Part shown: positions 52,851-64,000 of the stretch, one piece after another
Position numbering within the stretch: position 1 is the stretch's first letter
Layout of the letters: every line of letters begins with the position of its first letter
NCBI GenBank assembly: GCA_010909165.1
Contig: VJWM01000182.1
Location: 372,001-436,000, forward strand
Length of the DNA stretch: 64,000 nt
Reading direction: 5' to 3'
Source: Anthoceros angustus
Taxonomy: Eukaryota > Plantae > Anthocerotophyta
Made by a program: the position numbers and the translations under genes
The notes under the pieces: generated by a model
What the model was told of the DNA's origin: nothing
The model's input: only the letters and a program-made list of their open reading frames with translations
Databases searched by the model: none

Positions 52851-53090
52851 ATATCTAGCACGGGACTTTTATATATACTTTGAAATATTTACATGAAGTC
52901 TCGGCAAAGGCTGCAAGCTGGCTTTTTGCGATTTTTATTGCTGTGTAGGGCCAGGGTTCCTTCTGCCTTCTTCTTCATATGGCGAACTGAAACTTACGAG
53001 GTACCTTTAGACTAGGTAGTCAAAAAGTACCGAGTAGTTGTAACTTTTGGACCGTGGTTGCGCTCCACCTGCTCCTTTTAAAGTTGTAGG

Positions 53091-53100
53091 ATTAGGGTTT
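53091..53100 (-). promoter_or_regulatory. Telo-box (AAACCCTAAT) ~200 nt upstream of the helicase ATG
   Basis: ATTAGGGTTT on +. Telo-boxes are known near the starts of plant translation and RNA-processing genes. A single short motif, so function is inferred. Confidence 0.5.
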
Positions 53101-53293
53101 CAGTGCCCCGTCTCTGCTTTCTGCGGGCGGGCTGGTGGTCGAGCTCCCAGCGCCCCGCAACGGAGTGTGATACCAAAAGTTGTGACCGAGCGCAGAAAGC
53201 CCGTCGATTTCTAATCGGAAAGTGGGTGCTGTGCGGCTGACGTTCTCTGCCATTGTCACCGACTGCGCTGTTTGCACACCGTGTGCATCCAAG

Positions 53294-57111
<3,818 letters not shown>

Positions 57112-58134
57112 AAGCAGGTCACGTGTTCAGCTGAACGCATGGGCGGGGCTCTTTTCCCTCCCTCCCCCCATGGCCGTGAGCAGCTGGAGCAGTTCATGCC
57201 TCCGCAGACGGAACTCGATCTCTCCAGTGTGCTGGCAAGTACGGCTCTTTCTCTTCACATCCTTTGTCCGGCAGCGGTGGATTAATACTCTACTGAGGTG
57301 CTATTTAGGGGGATGACAACCAACGTTTTCTACCTTTGTCACTGCTGGCTGTGGCAGTCTGCTGTATTTTTTGTTCCTGACGAGGTATCAGATTGGAGTG
57401 GGAGAATGTCTCTGATCTGATTTTGTCTATTGACAAGACTGACTGAACCTTACACATGGGGGTTGATATGAAAGTTTTGTCTTCCCCCTTGTTTCCTAGG
57501 TTTCAAGGGACCCCCCTTCTTATTCATGAACTTGTATAAGTCGTGCATAGGCACGCCCAGTTATGGATCAGCTATTTCAACGGATCATCTCTGTCTCGTG
57601 CATGGCACCTAATTAATTACTTACGACCTGTGTGGAGCTTAGTTTTGTTGACGAGTCTTCCAACCGCGCTTCCCTTCCACAGAAAGCTGTTCCAGTCTGG
57701 AATAGCGAAGGGTGAGACGGGGCACTACCAGTCTGCTTCTAACCGCGGGACCGGTTGCGCTTCCGACTGTAGTTGTGGTGTGGCCAGGAACAGGGGCTGG
57801 GATGATGCCATGGCTCGATCCGCACGACGGCTCGGAGACACGGGAAACGCTGAAATTGAGAAAATGCAGTGCCTAACGGCCCGCTGTTTGTACCAGTCTG
57901 CTCGCTGACGAGCCTGCGCAGTGTGCACTTTCTCTGCGTGTATCTGACCCTCGCTTTCCACGCATCAAAATATCTCATCTGCACTGCACTTGCTTTTCGT
58001 GAGGTGTTTCGGTCGCAGTCTAATCCTTCAACCCCATAATGACCGACCCTCTTAATTTGAGGTATGTTTTTGGGCTCTCACTAAAAATACATGGCCCTAG
58101 TAAATCAAATATGGCGGGAGCCTTCTTCCGCTTA

Positions 58135-58330
58135 CTGTTCTGCACCTATTGATGTAGAAAGCAAAAAAAATAGCGAACTACTACATGTTCCGTACCTATT
58201 CATTTAGAAAGTAAAAAACAATGGACTACTACATGTTCCGCACCTATTGATCTAGAAAGCGAAAAACAATGGACTATTACATTTTCCGCACCTATTGATC
58301 TAGAAAGCGAAAAACAACGGACAATTACAA
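58135..58330. repeat. Three to four ~56-bp tandem repeats
   Basis: TGTTCCGCACCTATTGATCTAGAAAGCGAAAAACAATGGACTACTACA repeated with variation. Confidence 0.88.
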
Positions 58331-59579
58331 CCGCAAGAATCAGGATCTTGGGAACATCTGCAGGCAACTTCGGGGGCCTCGCCATTTCTCTCGCGCGGCG
58401 AGAGCACGGCATACACTTCCCCCCTCTCTATACAATGTTTCTGCCTGCCGATGTGGCAGCTCCACCTCTCGTGGCATAGTGTGCCGCAGTGGAGCGGGCA
58501 GGCGAGTAGGAGAGTGCCGTGTGGGTAGACGGCGGATGCATTTTGGGGTCTACGAAGGTTTGGCGGGGGCGGTGTAGTGATAGGCTATGGACTGGTACAA
58601 AATGTTTACTTTCAACTAACACAATTTTGTGAGGGCTTTACCGATCACAACGCTTCAACTTATCCACGTTGAGTTTTTCATGCTCCGCTGGTTGCGATGA
58701 CTAGAATGGCATGTCGATGCAACTATGCAGAATTCGCTTTGTCAGAGGCCACAATCTCCGAAAGCCGTAGAATCGTGGCTCCCGTTGCGAGATGCTGGCA
58801 ATGCGCATAGCATTGGAAAGCCCGTTGTTGCATGAGGCAGGCCTGTTTTTTTCAAATTTATTGAGCACGAGGTGTGAACATGAACAATGAAAGAGAAAGC
58901 TAGTGAGTCATTCTGGGGTTCAAAACGACGAACGTTTTTGGGCTATTTTCAAATAAGAATGTTATAAAACTTATATTAAATTTAAATAAATATGTGCAAA
59001 GTTCCCCAGCTCGTGATCGAAACGCTTGCTCGTTTCTTACCCTCGGAGCATCTCAAGAGGTTCCGTCGTTTAGTTGAGGGGTTAAGTCTCAGCGAGCCCA
59101 GCCACAATGAATCGTAAACAACGAGGTGCGTCTCGCGCAATCATTACAATTTCTTTGTTTCTCAAATAATAAGGAACGTACAACTTCGATTATTACCTAT
59201 ATGGCACGACGTCCACTCCAAAGCTGGAACATTCAACATGAGCTATGAATTCCTGCCGCTTGGAGGCCCTTAAAGAATCACCACGATGCTCAAGAATCAC
59301 CAGGTCCTACAATCGTGTTCTTATGACTCGTTATGAATGGGTAACTGCAACCAAGCCGTACTTCATTGCAAGACAACCTGATAGTCTTAAAACCTGATAG
59401 TTTTAAAGTCATCCAGCAGTAGTGATACGCGACGAAGTTGAAATCTGCTCATAGCTTCACGGTGCCGCTGCTATACAAGTGAATCACGCACTGCAAGGTT
59501 GAGGCTCCCTTTTGAACCACTGAATGTGCATCTGGCTTAGTTCGACCGACATAAATGGCATTTCAAGACCACCTGAGAA

Positions 59580-62500
59580 TCATGCAGCTGGAGGAAGTCG
59601 TTCATAAGCCTCCAAGGCCTGTGAGGCAAAGAATCTCACATCCACGTCCCTATCTTCCACAAGCTCCAGCAAACAAGGCTTGAATGTTTGCTCCACAACC
59701 TACAAAAACACATACCACTGTCCCGCTTCAGCAAAAAATGGCATCCTTTTGAGATCAGCAAACACAATTAAAATCCGCAATCGGCCCACCCAAGAGGAAC
59801 TTCAGATTTCAAGATAAAGTTCATTGTAACCCTCATACCGATCGGTCCGTGCTCGACATTAGTGACTCTAGGATTTTCGCTACATTAAATCTGATGTTAG
59901 GAACCCTGTGATGCATGCAGCAATCAGGTGCACAAAATCAGTTAGAAATCAGGAATCCGAGTCCTTGAGAGCACAAGGACAAGAAGCTAGAGCAACACGT
60001 ACCTGTCTTTGGCTGCATTGATTACTACTGGCAGCATGGTTTGAGAGAAAATCTCGGACCCCATGACAGGGGCAAGCAGAGATATTGCATATAGCACAGT
60101 CATCCGGAAAAGGTAATGGGGATTCTGCATCATCTCCAACACCTGCAAGTTTCCAATATTACAATGCATTCACCCACAGTGCAATGATGAAGACCTTCAA
60201 ATTTTGAACCGAATGAGCAGGCACTAACCTGTGGAATCATGTTCTGCAAAGCCCAGTCACGACCAAATTCTTCAGCCAGACACTTCAAGTTATTAGCAGC
60301 AGCTTCTCGTATTGAGTATACCTGCCTTGCAACATCAGGCAAGCTTGTCAAGCTTAAATCTTGACAGCAGGTGTGCCACATTTATCATGCTCACAATGAA
60401 GGTGTGGAAGTCAGACCTGGTCGCCAAGCCAATGCATGCAAAGCACACCAAGCTTGTTGTTGAAAAACTCCTCCCCCAACTGGCTGGCTAACAGTGGTAT
60501 GTACGCGATTATTGCAAGCCGAACACGCCAATGCTTGTCTTCTGCGAGCTCGACTATTGCAGGAAGAAGAGACTGTGAAAGAAGATCGATACCTATGACC
60601 TACAGGGTCATCTTTGGAGTCAGCCATGTGCAAGCAAATGATATAACCAAGCTCTTACTTTTGAGGAGAAATTGAATAAGAGCCATGCGGAAGGATAACT
60701 CAAGTGAATAACCTGATTAACTTGATCAAGCTTGCTTATAATATTAAGCCTCACATCCGGGAACTCATCTTTCAACAATGCAAGGAATATGGGCAGGAGC
60801 TGGTCAATGGTTGCCTCCTAACCAATGAACGAAGATCACATCAGCACTCAGGTCAGGCAAGAGTTCTCACAGGACAGTCCTCACAGTATGCACACACTGA
60901 CTTGACCCGAGCACACCTTTCTGTATGCTGACATGGAACAGATTAGCTATGCAATACATCTGCGAAGATCAAAGCTCTCACCTTTCCTAAAACTGGAGCT
61001 AGGCCCATGATGACAGATGCCAGAGCAGCTCGCACATGCTGAGAGGCATCTAAAGACAAATCCTGTTCATGCACAGAAAGGCCATCAACCGAAGTGCAGT
61101 ACACTGAAGGTTTTCCCTCAAATCAATCTCAGAAGCACAGTGTGGGTATCTCCAATTCCCACTGACCTTTACACACGGAAGAATTTGCTGTATTGCTTGC
61201 TGTGGGCTGATGATTTTACAAAACTTCGTCACCTTCCCAGCAGCTGCAATCCGAACCTCGGCCTCAATGTCCCGCAGCAGTCGAACATAGGCTGGGACCA
61301 GTTCCGTGCTTTTTACAAGAGCCAGATGCAATGAGTCAAGCTTCTCCAAAATTATCATAAGCAGAACCTAACAGTGCAAGTCAAAACACAACAGTGGACT
61401 AGTGGTACCCACTTTCTGGTCAGGTTCTACCTGGTCAACTGCGGGCCAATTGCTTCACACAATTCGTACAACTGATTAGCTACCATGTACCGCACACGCC
61501 ACGATTTATTCTAAGTACAGGAAGACACATTAAAGCACCTCATCAGCTAAAATCCGCTCAATGGCAACCAGTATATGACTAGCGAACATGACACAACCTT
61601 ATACACAGACCTGTGCAAAGCCTAGTACAACAGGGAGGATATGGACAACACAATCCTGGGGCTCAAGTAATTTGCCCAGAGCTGCACACCCTTCCACCGC
61701 CAGGAGCCTGACAGAGTCTTGTTCTGCACGCACACAAGTGTGCTGTCAAATACTCAAATCACAGTGAACACCACTGGCAGGCCTCACGTGAGACAGCAGA
61801 ACCTCATGTTACCACAACATGCTCACCATCTACAGTCAGGTCTTTGAAGAAAGTCATTACATCTGACTTTAGATGCACAGGCTCCACAGTTGCAGCAAAT
61901 TTGCCTAGATTAGTGGCTGCTGCTCTCCTAACCATAGGAGTATCATCATGGCAGAGCTGATTATAGACAGATCGTAATTCTGCACGGATCAGATCTGGCG
62001 CATTTGGATAAGCAATGTGGAATAGCCCACTAGCAGAAACCCGCGATGTGAACCATTCCCCAGCACCCAGTCTCTGCACAAAATAAAAGGGGTGCGTTCA
62101 GCAAGAGGTAACCCTTTCAGGCACCTGAATCAGAATTCCCAAAACAAAACGGGTAAAAATTTCCCAGCTCTGACGTGCGCTTCGCTAACAATTGAGACAA
62201 GCAGGTTCCACATGACCACATACTACAGGTCTCCCACTTGCAAGCAGAGCATAGCAGAGGTAGCAGAGATTAAGATTGACGAGTATGCAGTGCAGATCGC
62301 TGGTTTGCAAACCTTGAATATTTAGCTGGCAGCCAACATGAAAAACGGGAATGGGCGAGCTAGCTACCTTTACAAGAGGTATGAACCAGTCTGCCACATC
62401 GCGCTCCTTCATAGCTGAACCAATCTTGCAGAGGGACTCAACTGCCTTATCTCTGACAATTGTCTCTTCCACATTGCAAAGAGTTTCTAAAGGTGGCAAC

Positions 62501-62760
62501 AGCACATGTGCATGATCCACTCCTCCGACATAAGGAATGAAAGAACCCAACTCATCTGCCATGGCAAGCAGCACCTCGTCATCATCATCATTGTTCTCGC
62601 TCAGAAAGGGAATAAGCTCCTTGCGTGTTCTCTCCTCTCCGAGTGCACGAGCAATAATATTCAGGCGGTGGATTGAATTCAGCCGTAGCTGAATGTCCTC
62701 ATTTTTCAACTCGTCGATCAGAATAGCGATAGGATACAGTGGTTCATCCACAGTGGCCAT
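59580..62760 (-). CDS. PP2AA: Protein phosphatase 2A 65-kDa scaffold subunit A (HEAT repeats), multi-exon
   Basis: [30 protein letters not shown]...[11 protein letters not shown]...[12 protein letters not shown]...EAEVRIAAA...[14 protein letters not shown]...HWRVRLAII...[12 protein letters not shown]...[10 protein letters not shown]...[12 protein letters not shown]. Confidence 0.96.
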
Positions 62761-64000
62761 TCCTTGCACGATGGTAGGCTCTGAACAAAGGCAAAACCCA
62801 GTATAAGGCAGACTTCAAACGAACAGAGTAGGCTAAATATAACCCCAAAACATCCACCGGGTCATCTCTGCAGCTGGAGAAAATATCAACAAGAACTTGA
62901 CGACTGCTTAAAAATCAGTAATATAGTCAGAATCGTTGGCTGTTCCTCATGTGCATGTTGACATAAACGTAACCCGTAGATTGCATGCCAATCAGTGACC
63001 AGCCGGGTGAGACATAGCGTGATCTGGAACAATGGAAACATTAAACATCACCATCCGCACATCAGTGGGCCCGTTCATTCTCTGATAATCCGCTACAATT
63101 TCGGTCCAGAGAAACAGCAGGATAAGCCACCAGCTGCAGCTTAAGGTTCCCACGTCTCACGTGCCCTACTTGTTCAGTCAGACGATGACAATCGTCTCCT
63201 TTCGGCAGGCTACAGATCCGCGCTCATCACTAGACCTAACTCACGAACTGAGCCTCCATATGGACTCGATCCTGAGCAGAACAAATTGCAGCAACTGAAG
63301 AGGCTCATTATCTACCAGGGGTCACTGGAGTCCGTCCTTGTCACAAAACAGAGACGAACACAAGCTTAGCAGACAGGGACATCACAGGCTCCACTGTGGA
63401 GAAGCCTGGAGCATACAGGAAAGATCATGTTGATGAAGTCACCTGGCTCTGAAATCGTCAAAGACTCCATTTCAGGAGCATCCTTCACCAAATTTGCCAC
63501 GTCATGATATACTTCAAGGCGTTCGTTTGATATTCAGAACCGCGTAGCTCCCAAGACAGTAGAGGCCTGTGCTCCGCAAGAGCTGCGAGGGACTCCTGGA
63601 CAGGGCGGCGGGGTAAGCCAGCACAAAGCTCTGAGCATCAGCAAGTAGCAATGCAAGAGCAGCAGCAGAAGGCACGAACAAGCTGTAGAGTATGCAAATG
63701 CAACCCACTGAGCAGCAACTAACCTACCCAATAATAGGGGTCTTAGCTACCAGAGGGAGTCGACGTCCACAAAGAGCACCTAATCTGTAAATTATTCTAA
63801 TGCATCCAACTTACCCTCTCTAATCCGTTTTGTGTAAACCATTTAACGTAATTTTCAAGCCTTATCCACATGTTTACTCTTTAATTATGAATGGGTAATA
63901 AAATTTTATGACTTTATTTTTTTATTATCTAGGATACTACTTTCCACACTAACATTAAATCAAGGCGTGATACGATCACCCACAAGCTCACCCACATGAC

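Overview
Eukaryotic nuclear DNA from a compact, intron-rich genome of a seed-free land plant. The taxon is inferred from Arabidopsis-type TTTAGGG repeats, short ~80-150 nt GT-AG introns, plant-type genes and an intact sperm-flagellar SPEF1 gene, so a hornwort, lycophyte or other plant with swimming sperm is likely. Recognisable genes, left to right: GH28 polygalacturonase with a Pro/His-rich N-terminus (runs off the left edge), RS2Z-type SR splicing factor, a second GH28 polygalacturonase, SPEF1/CLAMP (absent from the ORF track), ATX1/CCH copper chaperone, plastid transketolase, M14 zinc carboxypeptidase, VPS60/CHMP5, SAH hydrolase, a DBP2/DDX5-type DEAD-box helicase (RH20/RH30 class) and the PP2A scaffold subunit A. 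Repeat-rich blocks at ~5-10, 13.7-27, 29.5-31 and 48-53 kb hold tandem duplications, a foldback-like palindrome with an interstitial telomere, a CACTA element, pogo-like and PIF/Harbinger remnants, and non-LTR fragments. The strongest candidate for an undescribed system is a ~330-nt, eight-helix nested RNA structure in the 1.28-kb motif-V intron of the helicase. It base-pairs both splice sites of a putative stop-containing (poison) exon, suggesting a helicase-sensing autoregulatory splicing switch. Exon boundaries were read by eye, and no database search or folding program was run.
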